Positions 9,802 to 20,126 of a DNA stretch of 64,000 nucleotides are shown in pieces. Position 1 is the first letter of the stretch, and every line of letters begins with the position of its first letter. The translations under genes and the position numbers were made by a program. Source of the DNA: an uncultured Ignavibacterium sp. (lineage in GTDB: Bacteria > Bacteroidota > Ignavibacteria > Ch128b); assembly GCA_964454895.1 (NCBI GenBank), contig CAYVTW010000001.1, positions 248,724-312,723 on the forward strand. The letters run 5' to 3'. The notes beneath the pieces were generated by a model. It was not told where the DNA came from and searched no databases. It worked only from the letters and a program-made list of their open reading frames with translations.

Positions 9802-10707
9802 TTAAAACGCATACTTACTTTTCATGTAATCATAAACTTTATTACTAATTTTCGAAATAACCTCTTCACCAATTTTTGAGTTAGGCAGATTCTTTGTCAT
9901 CACCACAAGGATGTAGTTAAAATTTTTGAAGAAAAAGATTCCCATATCACATCGAACATCATCTAATTCACCACCTTTACTTGCAAGTGTTAGCTCATCA
10001 TTAATTTGTTCAAGCAATGGAGATAATTTTGGTACACTCAGAATTTTGATCGCTTCATTATTAAGTGAATCAGAAAGAAATTGTTGTGTGAAAATGATCT
10101 CAAGTAATCTCAATTTATCTTCTGGTGTAGAAATATTTTCCCATCCCGATCTACGCGCTTCAAAATCCATCATCTTCCGTTGAAGTTTTGTGTTCTTCAA
10201 TCCAAGTTCTTGTATTGTATTATTTATGTTTTGCATTCCCAGTAAATCTATTAAAATGTTGGTTGCGCTATTATCGCTTTGTTGTATCATCAAGAGTGCG
10301 AGATTATAATAGTTTAAGTATAGATTGCTTTGATCAAAATGTTGTAGTATTCCGCTTCCACCTGTCTTGTAGTTTATTGGAATATTTTGGTAAAGATCCA
10401 ATCTACCTTTTTCATATTCTTTAAGAAGATGAATCAATATTTCGATTTTAATTGCACTTGCTGTTGGAAAGATTTCTTTATCATTGTAGAAAAATTTTTC
10501 ATTCGATTTAAGGTCTAAAAAAGCAATGCCAAGAGGATATTGAAAATCTGCAATTATTGGCTTCAGAACACTGTCCAATTCAGAACTGTATTTACTAACA
10601 TAGGACCTGCTAGGAGGATTGTTTTTGCTACCATATAGGATTGGAGCAAGGAATAGTATAATTAAAGTAATTATCGCTACAACAAAAAATTTATGCTTCA
10701 TCTTCAT
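9802..10707 (-). CDS. Serine hydrolase, class A beta-lactamase/PBP-A-like fold, secreted
   Basis: N-terminal hydrophobic segment; SxxK (SAIK), SDN, KxG (KGG) motifs. Confidence 0.8.
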   Translation of the reverse strand: MKMKHKFFVVAIITLIILFLAPILYGSKNNPPSRSYVSKYSSELDSVLKPIIADFQYPLGIAFLDLKSNEKFFYNDKEIFPTASAIKIEILIHLLKEYEKGRLDLYQNIPINYKTGGSGILQHFDQSNLYLNYYNLALLMIQQSDNSATNILIDLLGMQNINNTIQELGLKNTKLQRKMMDFEARRSGWENISTPEDKLRLLEIIFTQQFLSDSLNNEAIKILSVPKLSPLLEQINDELTLASKGGELDDVRCDMGIFFFKNFNYILVVMTKNLPNSKIGEEVISKISNKVYDYMKSKYAF

Positions 10708-10817
10708 CCCTTCTTACTTAATTGAATTAGATAGAAAGAATATTTAAGTTTGAAATGAAGTAATTCCATAAATAAAATATCAATTTTATAAAACATAAAC
10801 TAAAGAGGGAGGAATTA

Positions 10818-12098
10818 ATGCCCACATTAAAAGAAAAGCTCGCCGAACAAATTCCAGCACTTCGAGACGAGGTTAAAAATCTCGTAAAAGAATTTGGCGA
10901 AAAAGAGGTAGACAAAATTACCGTTGCCCAAATTTTTGGTGGGCTTCGAGGTGTTAAATCACTCGTTTGTGATACTTCGTCTGTTCCGCCAGATAGAGGA
11001 CTTTTAATTCGTGGTATTCCAATAATTGAATTATCGGACAAATTACCGGAAGAGGTTTTTTATCTCTTGCTTACGGGAGAACTGCCAGATGAAGAATCGC
11101 TCACGCTCCTGATGCAAGATTTGAAGAAAAGAAGAAAAGTACCTGATTATGTCTGGAAAGTGTTGAAAGCTATGCCGAAAGACTCTCATCCAATGTGTAT
11201 GTTGAACACTGCCATTTTATCAATGGAAAGAGAGTCAATCTTTAGGAAAATGTACGATAAAGGTGTGAAAAAAGAGGATTACTGGATTTACACACTTGAA
11301 GATGCACTCAATCTCATTGCTCGACTTCCAATTATTGCAGCTGGTATCTATAGAATGAAATACAACAAGGGTCCTAGAATTCCGAGTGATCCGAAATTAG
11401 ATATGGGTGCAGATTTTGCAAAGATGTTAGGTATTAAAGATCCAAATGGTGAGTTTACAAAGTTGATGAGATTGTATCTTGTCCTTCACTGCGATCATGA
11501 AAGTGGAAATGTAAGCGCTGCTACTGTACAAACAGTTGCCTCGGCTTTATCGGACTTATACTATGCAGTTTCTGCTGGATTAAATGGACTCGCAGGACCG
11601 CTCCATGGACTTGCTAACCAAGAATGTTTGAAATTTGTCCTCGATCTAAAGAAACATTTTAAAGGCGTTCCAAATGATGAGCAACTAAGGCAATTCGCGT
11701 GGGATTGGTTAAATAGTGGTAAAGTTATTCCAGGTTATGGTCATGCTGTTTTGAGAATAACTGATCCAAGATTTGATGCATTCTTGAAGTTTGGTCAAAC
11801 TTATTGTGCAAAAGATCAGATCTTCCAAATCGTTGAAAAGATATTCAATGTTGTTCCAAAGGTATTGATGGAACAAGGTAAAGCTAAAGATCCATGGCCG
11901 AATGTTGATGCTGGAAGTGGTGCTTTGTTATGGCATTATGGTATGAAAGAATTTGATTACTATACTGTGTTGTTTGCAGTTTCAAGAACTCTTGGAGTTT
12001 CTGCTCAAACAGTTATCGCAAGAGCAATTGGAATGCCGATCGTTCGACCAAAATCTGTGACTACAAAGTGGATTAAAGAACACGTTTCGAAACAATAG
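10818..12098 (+). CDS. gltA: Citrate synthase, eukaryote-like type
   Basis: SD GGGAGG; GGLRGVKSLV, DHESGNVSA, LAGPLHGLANQE, PGYGHAVLR, PWPNVD. Confidence 0.92.
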   Translation: MPTLKEKLAEQIPALRDEVKNLVKEFGEKEVDKITVAQIFGGLRGVKSLVCDTSSVPPDRGLLIRGIPIIELSDKLPEEVFYLLLTGELPDEESLTLLMQDLKKRRKVPDYVWKVLKAMPKDSHPMCMLNTAILSMERESIFRKMYDKGVKKEDYWIYTLEDALNLIARLPIIAAGIYRMKYNKGPRIPSDPKLDMGADFAKMLGIKDPNGEFTKLMRLYLVLHCDHESGNVSAATVQTVASALSDLYYAVSAGLNGLAGPLHGLANQECLKFVLDLKKHFKGVPNDEQLRQFAWDWLNSGKVIPGYGHAVLRITDPRFDAFLKFGQTYCAKDQIFQIVEKIFNVVPKVLMEQGKAKDPWPNVDAGSGALLWHYGMKEFDYYTVLFAVSRTLGVSAQTVIARAIGMPIVRPKSVTTKWIKEHVSKQ

Positions 12099-12130
12099 TA
12101 ATCTATCTTTCTTTAGTTGTAATTATTTTT

Positions 12131-12156
12131 GCCCCGAAGAAAATTCGGGGCTTTTT
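12131..12156 (+). terminator. Intrinsic terminator after gltA
   Basis: GCCCCGAA-gaaaa-TTCGGGGC followed by TTTTT. Confidence 0.85.
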
Positions 12157-12356
12157 GTTGATTAGTCATTTTCTTTTTACACAATTTTAATCTAACTCAT
12201 TGAATGTATTATAACTTTAATAACAAAAATTTTCCATCAATCTTAACTAATCAGTTATCTAGCGAATATGAAAATCAACTTATTACTCGATTATAGTAAG
12301 ATCTGTCTTATTCAATTACAAAAATTGTATCATAATGATTTTTAAGAGTTTTTAAC

Positions 12357-12381
12357 TTGCACAATCAATTTTTTAACTTTG
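12357..12381 (+). promoter_or_regulatory. Putative housekeeping promoter (TTG...TAnnTTTG) of nusB
   Basis: TTGCA at 12357 and TAACTTTG at 12374-12381, 18 nt before the ATG; matches the Bacteroidetes -7 consensus. Confidence 0.45.
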
Positions 12382-12399
12382 CAACAAAATTGAATTTTT

Positions 12400-12855
12400 A
12401 TGGAAATGATAATTTCTAGAAGAAAACTAAGAGAAAAAGTTCTGCAAATTCTTTATGCTTATGAACTCTCTAATGACTCACTTGATTTAATGTTTGAAGA
12501 TTTGCTTCAGGAAGTTACGGAGGAAGAATCAAGAGAATTTGTTAAATCTCTTACTCTTCTTACAATTAAACATCGTGATGAATATGATGAATTGATAAAA
12601 GAAGTTGTTAAAAACTGGGAGCTTGAACGAATAGCTATAATAGATAGACTCTTAATTCGAATGGCAACTTGCGAAATGCTTCATTTCCCCGAAATCCCAC
12701 CTAAAGTTTCCATCAATGAAGTAATTGAAATCGCTAAGAGATATTCTACCGATCAAAGTGACAAATTTATAAACGGTGTACTTGACGCAATCCTAAAAAA
12801 ATTGAAGAAAGAAAATCGTATTGTGAAAAAAGGTAGAGGATTGATAGAAACATAA
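12400..12855 (+). CDS. nusB: Transcription antitermination factor NusB
   Basis: RRKLREKVLQILYAYE, WELERIAIIDRLLIR, SINEVIEIAKRY, FINGVLD. Confidence 0.95.
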   Translation: MEMIISRRKLREKVLQILYAYELSNDSLDLMFEDLLQEVTEEESREFVKSLTLLTIKHRDEYDELIKEVVKNWELERIAIIDRLLIRMATCEMLHFPEIPPKVSINEVIEIAKRYSTDQSDKFINGVLDAILKKLKKENRIVKKGRGLIET

Positions 12856-12875
12856 AATTAAGCTCAAGGAACTTC

Positions 12876-14114
12876 GTGCAATTTAATTGGAAAAAGTTTT
12901 TAACAGATAAATATAGAAAAGTTTTTTACTGGTCGTTATTCGATTTTGCAAACACTTCATTCTCAATCACAATAGTTACTTTTGTTTTTGCTGTATACTT
13001 TAAAGAGACAGTTGCGAACAATCAACCGATAGGAGATTTCTACTGGAGCCTTGGAACGGGTATTTCGATGATGATCGTTGCATTAATTTCACCTTTTCTT
13101 GGAGCGATTGCAGATCACTCAGCTGGTAAAAAAAGATTTCTTTTATTCTTCACATTGCTTTGTATAATTTCAACCGCTGCACTTTATTTCATCTCAGAAG
13201 GCGATATTATCGAAGCCTTGATCTTATTCATTCTTGCAAATATTGGCTTTGAAGCTGGACTTGTTTTCTACGATGCTTTCTTGCCAGAGATTTCAGATGA
13301 AAAGAATTACGGCAGAACATCGGGATTTGGTTTTGCGATGGGTTATGTTGGTTCGTTTGCTTCTTTAATGATTATATATCCACTTGTTGTAAATGAAATG
13401 GTTCGATTTTCATTTCCTGCCTCAGCAATTTTCTTTTTAATATTTTCTATCCCTTTGTTTTTATTTCTTCCCGATACAAAGAAAATAATTCAAAGAGAAA
13501 AAAGTTATTTCAAAATTGGTCTTGAAAGAATCACATTCACAATCTCCCATCTTAAAAATTATAAGAACTTAGCTTTATTTTTGTTAGCATTTTTCTTCTA
13601 CATAGAAGGTGTTAATACTGCAATTTATTTCTCAGGTATATACGCAAAGTCAACTCTGAAATTTAGTTTCAGTGAATTAACATTATTTTTTATGATTGCT
13701 CAAACGACAGCAGTTTTAGGATCTATAATTTTTGGAGTAATTGCAGACTCAATCGGACAAAAGAAAACAATCTATCTCACTTTATTGATTTGGTTTGTTG
13801 TAATTTTCTCTGCTTCTGTCATTCAATCTAAAATTGGATTCTTTATTATAGGAATTATAGCCGGACTTGGAATGGGCTCAACTCAATCAGTTAGTAGAAG
13901 CTTAATGAGTAAATTAACTCCAGAAGATAAAAAGACAGAATTCTTTGGTTTTTATTCGTTCTTCGGCAAATCATCCGCCATTTTTGGTCCATTAGTTTTT
14001 GGATTTGTTTCTTGGCAAACGGGCAGTCAAAGATTTGCAATCCTCACCACTGGATTATTCTTCACAATTGGAATGATACTTTTGAGTAAAGTAAAAGAGC
14101 AAAGAGCTTCATAG
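12876..14114 (+). CDS. MFS transporter (UMF1/Atg22-like)
   Basis: About 12 hydrophobic helices; WSLFDFANTSF, FYDAFLPEI, SRSLMSKLTP..EFFGFY; GTG start with SD AAGGA. Confidence 0.85.
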   Translation: MQFNWKKFLTDKYRKVFYWSLFDFANTSFSITIVTFVFAVYFKETVANNQPIGDFYWSLGTGISMMIVALISPFLGAIADHSAGKKRFLLFFTLLCIISTAALYFISEGDIIEALILFILANIGFEAGLVFYDAFLPEISDEKNYGRTSGFGFAMGYVGSFASLMIIYPLVVNEMVRFSFPASAIFFLIFSIPLFLFLPDTKKIIQREKSYFKIGLERITFTISHLKNYKNLALFLLAFFFYIEGVNTAIYFSGIYAKSTLKFSFSELTLFFMIAQTTAVLGSIIFGVIADSIGQKKTIYLTLLIWFVVIFSASVIQSKIGFFIIGIIAGLGMGSTQSVSRSLMSKLTPEDKKTEFFGFYSFFGKSSAIFGPLVFGFVSWQTGSQRFAILTTGLFFTIGMILLSKVKEQRAS

Positions 14115-14196
14115 TTTTATCTAACAAGATAATTATCCTTTCACTATTGCTTCAGATTTCTATTTTGAATAATTTGATTTAGAGAGATTAAACAAG

Positions 14197-15480
14197 ATGA
14201 AACTTTTAATACTACATATTTTAATTTTTTCCTTTCTCTCTCAATTAAATTTTGCACAATCAAAGAAAATAATTGTTTTAAAAATTGAAGATGCAATCTC
14301 TCCACCTATTTCTGAATATATTCATGATGGAATAAAATCCGCAGTTGAAAATGATGCTGAGTGTTTGATAATAAAATTGAACACACCAGGGGGGTTACTA
14401 AAATCAACGAGGGTGATCGTATCAGAAATTTTGGAAGCTAAAGTTCCAGTTATAGTTTATGTTTCACCGTCAGGAGCTCAAGCTGCATCCGCTGGAGTAT
14501 TTATAACTCTTTCTGCCCATGTTGCAGCTATGACACCAGGCACAAACATTGGTGCTGCTCATCCTGTATCGCTTGATAGAGCAGATACTGTTATGATTGA
14601 GAAAGCTACCAATGATGCTGCAGCATTTATCAGAACAATTTCGGAAAAAAGAAATCGGAATGTGAAATGGGCAGAGGATGCTGTCAGAAAAAGTTTATCA
14701 ATCACAGAAACTGAAGCACTCAAATTGAATGTAATTGATTTAATAGCTTCTGATTTAAATGACTTAATTAATAAACTCGATTCAATGAAAATAAAAGGAA
14801 ATTTTGGTGAAAAAATACTTTCTACAAAGAATGCAGAGATTGTAGAATTTGAAATGACACTCGGTCAAAAAATCTTACGATTTATTAGTGATCCTAATAT
14901 TGCTTACATTTTGTTGTTGATAGGTTTATACGGTTTATTATTCGAGCTTTATAATCCTGGATCTATTTTTCCCGGAGTTATAGGAGTAATTTCGCTTATT
15001 CTTGCATTTTATGCTCTTCACACCTTGCCCGTGAATTTTGCTGGAATTGCTTTAATTATTGTAGGAATAATTCTCTTAATATTAGAAACGCAAATAATAA
15101 GTCACGGGCTTTTAACAATTGGAGGATTAATATCATTTATTTTGGGTTCACTTATGTTAATAAAAACAGAATCAGCATTAGAAGTTTTCAAAGTTTCTTA
15201 TCAAGTAATAATTATACTCGCTATTCTAACCTTCTTATTTTTTTCTTTTGCGATTGGACTTGGCTTAAAAGCACAAAAGAGAAAAACTAAAACTGGTTTA
15301 GAGGGGATGATTGGTGAGATTGGAGAGTCCATATCGGAGCTAAATCCAGATGGACAAATTCGTGTTCACGGTGAAATATGGAATGCCATTTCTGTGGATA
15401 ACAAAAAAATTGATCCCAATTCGAAAGTAGAAGTAGTTGGCTTTCAAAATCTTAAATTAATCGTAAAAAAACTTGAGTGA
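14197..15480 (+). CDS. nfeD: NfeD family membrane-bound ClpP-class serine protease
   Basis: [20 protein letters not shown]; central TM bundle; C-terminal OB-like [12 protein letters not shown]; followed by a stomatin gene. Confidence 0.9.
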   Translation: MKLLILHILIFSFLSQLNFAQSKKIIVLKIEDAISPPISEYIHDGIKSAVENDAECLIIKLNTPGGLLKSTRVIVSEILEAKVPVIVYVSPSGAQAASAGVFITLSAHVAAMTPGTNIGAAHPVSLDRADTVMIEKATNDAAAFIRTISEKRNRNVKWAEDAVRKSLSITETEALKLNVIDLIASDLNDLINKLDSMKIKGNFGEKILSTKNAEIVEFEMTLGQKILRFISDPNIAYILLLIGLYGLLFELYNPGSIFPGVIGVISLILAFYALHTLPVNFAGIALIIVGIILLILETQIISHGLLTIGGLISFILGSLMLIKTESALEVFKVSYQVIIILAILTFLFFSFAIGLGLKAQKRKTKTGLEGMIGEIGESISELNPDGQIRVHGEIWNAISVDNKKIDPNSKVEVVGFQNLKLIVKKLE

Positions 15481-15487
15481 GGTTGTT

Positions 15488-16264
15488 ATGTTATCCCCCA
15501 TATTATTTACAATTTTATTCTTTGTGATTTTACTTTTATCCAGTGCGATAAAAGTTCTCAGAGAATATGAAAGAGGAGTAGTGTTTCGACTCGGTCGTTT
15601 GATCGGCGCAAAAGGACCGGGCTTAATCATTTTGATCCCAATCGTTGATCGAATGGTGAGAGTTAGTCTTAGAACAATTGTAATGGATGTACCCCCACAA
15701 GATGTTATAACCAAAGATAATGTCTCTCTTAAAGTAAATGCTGTGGTTTATTTTCGAGTTATTCAGGCTGAGAAAGCAATTGTCGAAGTAGAGGACTATT
15801 TACTCGCAACTTCTCAGCTATCACAAACAACTTTGAGAAGTGTTTTAGGTCAATCTCAACTAGATGAAATATTAGCAGAGCGAGATAAAATTAATAGAGA
15901 GCTACAAAGAATAATTGATCATCAAACAGAACCATGGGGTATTAAAGTATCGAATGTTGAAATTAAACATGTTGATTTACCACTTGAGATGCAGCGAGCG
16001 ATGGCAAAGCAAGCAGAAGCTGAAAGAGAAAGACGAGCTAAAATAATTCATGCTGAGGGTGAGTTTCAAGCAAGTCAGAAATTAAAAGAAGCAGCAATGA
16101 TTATAGAAGATCATCCAGTTGCAGTACAATTAAGATTTTTGCAAACACTAAACGAAGTTGCCAGTGAGAAAAACTCAACAACGATATTTCCAATTCCGAT
16201 TGAACTGATAAAACCTTTCTTAAAAGAAAAAGGAAAAGATAAAAAGAAGAAATCGGAAGATTGA
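15488..16264 (+). CDS. Stomatin-like SPFH (slipin) protein
   Basis: [41 protein letters not shown]; ATG 15488 with SD GAGG preferred over TTG 15473. Confidence 0.9.
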   Translation: MLSPILFTILFFVILLLSSAIKVLREYERGVVFRLGRLIGAKGPGLIILIPIVDRMVRVSLRTIVMDVPPQDVITKDNVSLKVNAVVYFRVIQAEKAIVEVEDYLLATSQLSQTTLRSVLGQSQLDEILAERDKINRELQRIIDHQTEPWGIKVSNVEIKHVDLPLEMQRAMAKQAEAERERRAKIIHAEGEFQASQKLKEAAMIIEDHPVAVQLRFLQTLNEVASEKNSTTIFPIPIELIKPFLKEKGKDKKKKSED

Positions 16265-16311
16265 GAAAGGCAAAAAATTTTTTTAAGATTGCACAAGTTA
16301 TTTAAGATTTT

Positions 16312-16384
<73 letters not shown>

Positions 16385-16615
16385 CTAATCATTTTAAGTT
16401 CCTTCCACAATACTTTCTACCTTCAGTTTTAATAAAAAATTATCTCCAGGTTGTGTCGTTGAAAAATTTTCTTGTTAACATAATATCCTTATTTAATACT
16501 GATATATTTATGAATAATTGATTATTGTCTTTTAATATTCATAGGTTTCTTTAATAGAAAATATCTTCAATTTTTACGAACTTTGCATCAGTAAATAAAA
16601 AATTAAAGGAAAATT

Positions 16616-17851
16616 ATGGCAATCATCAAACCTTTTAAAGCACTCCGACCTGAAAGAAATGTCGCTCATTTAGTGGCAACTCCTCCATATGATGTTCTCA
16701 GTCGCGAAGAAGCATTTGAGCTTGCTGAAGGTAATCCAATTTCGTTTCTGAGAGTCACGCGCTCAGAAATAGAACTACGACCAGATATTAATCCTTATTC
16801 ACAAGAGGTTTATGAATTAGCTAAAAAGAATCTTGAGAAGATAGTAGAAAAAGCACCATTGCTTCAGGATCATACAGATCGATTTTATTTATATCAATTG
16901 GTAATGGGTGAACAATCTCAAACAGGTATTGCAGCCACTTTTTCGGTTGATGATTATGATAACAATGTTATTCTCAAGCACGAGAAGACACGTAAAGAGA
17001 AAGAAGATGATAGAACTAATCATATATTAACAACATCAGCTCAGACAGGACCGGTTTTTCTAACTTATCGTGATGTAAATAGTATCAATGAATTAGTTGA
17101 AAAAGTAAAAATAGATGTTGCACCAATTTATGATTTCATTGCTAAAGATGGAGTGTTGCATAGAATTTGGATTGTTCCCGAGGAATACAATCAATTGATA
17201 ATTGATGAAATTAAAAAAGTTGATAAAATTTATATTGCCGATGGTCATCATAGAGCAGCAAGTGCTTCAAGAGTTCGTGTGATTAAAAGAGATCAAAATC
17301 CAAATCACAAAGGTGATGAAGAATATAACTTCTTTTTGGCTGTACTCTTCCCAGCGTCACAATTAAAAATTTTACCTTATAATAGAATTATTTATTCTTT
17401 GAATGGGATGGACGAAGCAAAATTTATTGAAAAAATTAAAACTAATTTTTATTTAAGTGAAGTTGATTACTCTTCGCCAAAAGAGAGAAGACAGATTTGT
17501 ATGTATCTAAATAAAAAATGGTACCTTCTAAAACCCAATGAAAATGTTAAAGAAGGTAAAACATACGGAGAAAATTTAGATGTAAGCATTCTTCAAAATT
17601 ATTTACTCAATCCAATTCTAGGAATTGAAGATCCGAGAACAAGCAAGAACATCGATTTTGTGGGTGGAATTCGTGGAACCAAAGAACTTGAAAAATTAGT
17701 CGATTCTGGAACCGCATCAGTTGCATTTTCGATGTATCCAGTAACGATTGATGATTTGATGAAGATTTCAGATGCAGGCGAAATTATGCCGCCAAAATCA
17801 ACTTGGTTTGAACCAAAACTAAGAGATGGTCTCTTAATCCACTTAATCTAA
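16616..17851 (+). CDS. DUF1015 family protein (ParB/Srx-like ADGHHR motif)
   Basis: PPYDV, HEKT, IYIADGHHR, MPPKSTWFEPKLRDGL terminus; directly upstream of serC. Confidence 0.85.
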   Translation: MAIIKPFKALRPERNVAHLVATPPYDVLSREEAFELAEGNPISFLRVTRSEIELRPDINPYSQEVYELAKKNLEKIVEKAPLLQDHTDRFYLYQLVMGEQSQTGIAATFSVDDYDNNVILKHEKTRKEKEDDRTNHILTTSAQTGPVFLTYRDVNSINELVEKVKIDVAPIYDFIAKDGVLHRIWIVPEEYNQLIIDEIKKVDKIYIADGHHRAASASRVRVIKRDQNPNHKGDEEYNFFLAVLFPASQLKILPYNRIIYSLNGMDEAKFIEKIKTNFYLSEVDYSSPKERRQICMYLNKKWYLLKPNENVKEGKTYGENLDVSILQNYLLNPILGIEDPRTSKNIDFVGGIRGTKELEKLVDSGTASVAFSMYPVTIDDLMKISDAGEIMPPKSTWFEPKLRDGLLIHLI

Positions 17852-17870
17852 AAAACTTATAGAGGTTAAA

Positions 17871-18959
17871 ATGATAAACAGAGTATATAACTTTAATCCT
17901 GGTCCTGCAGTTTTACCTGAACCTGTTTTAAAAGAGGTTCAAGAAAATATGATGGCTCTTCCTGGTGTTGGAATGTCGATTCTTGAGATAAGTCATCGCT
18001 CATCAACTTTCGAAAATATTTTAAATGAAACGATTGAAAATCTAAGGAAGCTTGCAAACATTCCATCAAACTACAAAATTTTATTTCTTGGTGGTGGTGC
18101 AAGTCTGCAATTCTCTATGGTTCCATTAAATTTAATGCCTCCTAAAAATAAAGCTGATTATATTGTTACTGGTTCTTGGAGTAAGAAAGCTGTTAAAGAA
18201 GCGAAAAGAGTTGGAACGATAAATATTGCAGCTTCTACTGAAGAAGAAAATTTCAAAAGAATTCCAAAACAAGAAGAGTTAAAATTAGATCCAGACGCTT
18301 CATATGTACACTACACTTCGAACAATACGATTTTTGGAACAGAATGGAGCTACATTCCAGAAGTTGGTGATGTCCCTTTAGTGTGTGATATGAGTTCTGA
18401 TATTTTTGCTTATCCGTTTGATGTTTCTAAGTTCGGTTTGATTTATGCTGGCGCTCAGAAAAACCTCGGCCCTGCAGGTGTGACAATTATTATAATTCGT
18501 GAAGATTTACTCGAAAGATCTCAAGATACATTACATACAATGCTAAATTATAAAATTCATGCTGAGAACAATTCCTTATATAATACACCTCCGGTATTTG
18601 CTATTTATGTTGTTGGACTTGTAGCAAAATGGTTATTAAATCTAGGTGGACTAGAAGCAATCGCTAAGATTAATGATGAGAAAGCAAGATTAATTTACGA
18701 TACAATAGATAATTCAAACGGATTCTATCGTGGGCATGCTGAAAAAGATTCTCGTTCGAAAATGAATATAACCTTCAGATTACCTTCAGAAGAGCTTGAG
18801 AAAAAATTCGTAAAAGAAGCAACAGAACAAGGGCTTGTTGGATTAAAAGGACATCGTTCAGTCGGTGGTTTGAGAGCATCAGTGTATAATGCTTTCCCGA
18901 TTGAAGGTGTAAAAGCTCTTGTTGAATTTATGAAAGATTTCCAGAATAAAAATTCTTAA
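17871..18959 (+). CDS. serC: Phosphoserine aminotransferase
   Basis: NFNPGPAVLP, SHRS, GGGASLQF, DMSS, GAQKN (PLP lysine), NTPP, GHRSVGGLRAS. Confidence 0.96.
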   Translation: MINRVYNFNPGPAVLPEPVLKEVQENMMALPGVGMSILEISHRSSTFENILNETIENLRKLANIPSNYKILFLGGGASLQFSMVPLNLMPPKNKADYIVTGSWSKKAVKEAKRVGTINIAASTEEENFKRIPKQEELKLDPDASYVHYTSNNTIFGTEWSYIPEVGDVPLVCDMSSDIFAYPFDVSKFGLIYAGAQKNLGPAGVTIIIIREDLLERSQDTLHTMLNYKIHAENNSLYNTPPVFAIYVVGLVAKWLLNLGGLEAIAKINDEKARLIYDTIDNSNGFYRGHAEKDSRSKMNITFRLPSEELEKKFVKEATEQGLVGLKGHRSVGGLRASVYNAFPIEGVKALVEFMKDFQNKNS

Positions 18960-18974
18960 AAGACACTGCTTTTT

Positions 18975-19003
18975 ATCCCCCGTTATTTTTATGCGGGGGA
19001 TTA
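18975..19003 (+). terminator. Probable terminator hairpin after serC
   Basis: ATCCCCCG...CGGGGGAT stem, weak U-tract. Confidence 0.6.
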
Positions 19004-19033
19004 TTATCTTTAAATTGAAAGGAGGTGCATGTC

Positions 19034-20101
19034 ATGTTAAAGAATGAAATCCTTAAGCTTCAAAAAGATGTAATCTACCCTTCCATTAGTATTCTGATGC
19101 CTACTTCAAGAGTTACGGTTGAGTCAAATCAGGAAAAAATTTTATTAAAGAATTTAACTAACGAGCTAGAAGAAAAATTGAAATATAAAGTTAATCGAAA
19201 AGAAGCTGAACTTTTATTGAACAAAGTTAGAGAGATAACTAATGAAATTGATTTCTTCAAATTAAGTGAAGGGCTTGGAATTTTTGTTAATGAAAATACC
19301 TCTTTTGTCGTGAAATTTCCATTTAAAGTTCCTGCTATGACAGTTATAGATGATACATTCGAGACAAAATTTTTAATCAATCAATATAATCACTCTTTAG
19401 AATATTATCTTCTGAATCTAAATGAAAAAGAAACTTCCCTTTTTGTGGGATTTAATGAAATTCTTGAAGTTGTTAAGACTAATGATTTTCCATTTGCTAT
19501 TACTGATATTGTCGAAATTAGTTATGAACAAGGTACATGGCATTATGACTCAGCAATGTTAGAAAAAATAAGGCAATTCGTACGAGAAGCCAATAGAAGA
19601 TTTAGAAAAAATGTTGAGTATGAAGTTCCACTTATAATTTCAGGTGTAAATAAGATTTTATCACTATTTGAGGACTTGAGCGATTACAAGTTATTGATTG
19701 GTAAGATTGAAGGAAGTTATACTTCTGCTGATTTACCTAAACTTGGAAAAAAAGCGAGTGTGATTGTAAATAGTTATTTAAATGAACTTAAAGAAAAAGT
19801 TTATCACCAATTCAAAGAAAGTTTTGGTTATAAAAAAGCATCGTTTGGGCTGTTGGATGTTTGGAATTTAGCAAATCAAGGTAGAGTAGAAGTTTTATTA
19901 GTTGAAGAAAATTATCATCAGCCTGCTCGATTTGAAGGGAACCAACCAGTTTTTGTTGAGGAGACGAATGATAAAATGTTAGTTGAAGATATTGTTGATG
20001 AAACCATTGAGCTCGTTTTTAAGCAAAAAGGGAAAGTGTATTTTTATGAAGATGGAAGATTAAGAGAATATCAGAGAATAGGTGCAATATTAAGATATTA
20101 A
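19034..20101 (+). CDS. Bacterial archaeo-eukaryotic release factor-like protein (baeRF3 family)
   Basis: SD GGAGG 8 nt before ATG 19034; PSISILMPT, GLGIFV, YYLLNL; C-terminal eRF1/L7Ae-like LANQGRVEVLLVE...IGAILRY. Confidence 0.7.
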   Translation: MLKNEILKLQKDVIYPSISILMPTSRVTVESNQEKILLKNLTNELEEKLKYKVNRKEAELLLNKVREITNEIDFFKLSEGLGIFVNENTSFVVKFPFKVPAMTVIDDTFETKFLINQYNHSLEYYLLNLNEKETSLFVGFNEILEVVKTNDFPFAITDIVEISYEQGTWHYDSAMLEKIRQFVREANRRFRKNVEYEVPLIISGVNKILSLFEDLSDYKLLIGKIEGSYTSADLPKLGKKASVIVNSYLNELKEKVYHQFKESFGYKKASFGLLDVWNLANQGRVEVLLVEENYHQPARFEGNQPVFVEETNDKMLVEDIVDETIELVFKQKGKVYFYEDGRLREYQRIGAILRY

Positions 20102-20126
20102 ATAAGAAATCGAATTTTTAAAAATA

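Noticed and set aside
9802-10707. Antibiotic-resistance beta-lactamase
   Set aside because: No apparent Glu166 motif, KGG instead of KTG, and no mobile context
10727-11041. 104-aa minus-strand ORF
   Set aside because: Antisense shadow of the gltA 5' end with no recognisable motif
14197-16264. nfeD-slipin pair as a novel system
   Set aside because: A well-known conserved operon in ordinary form
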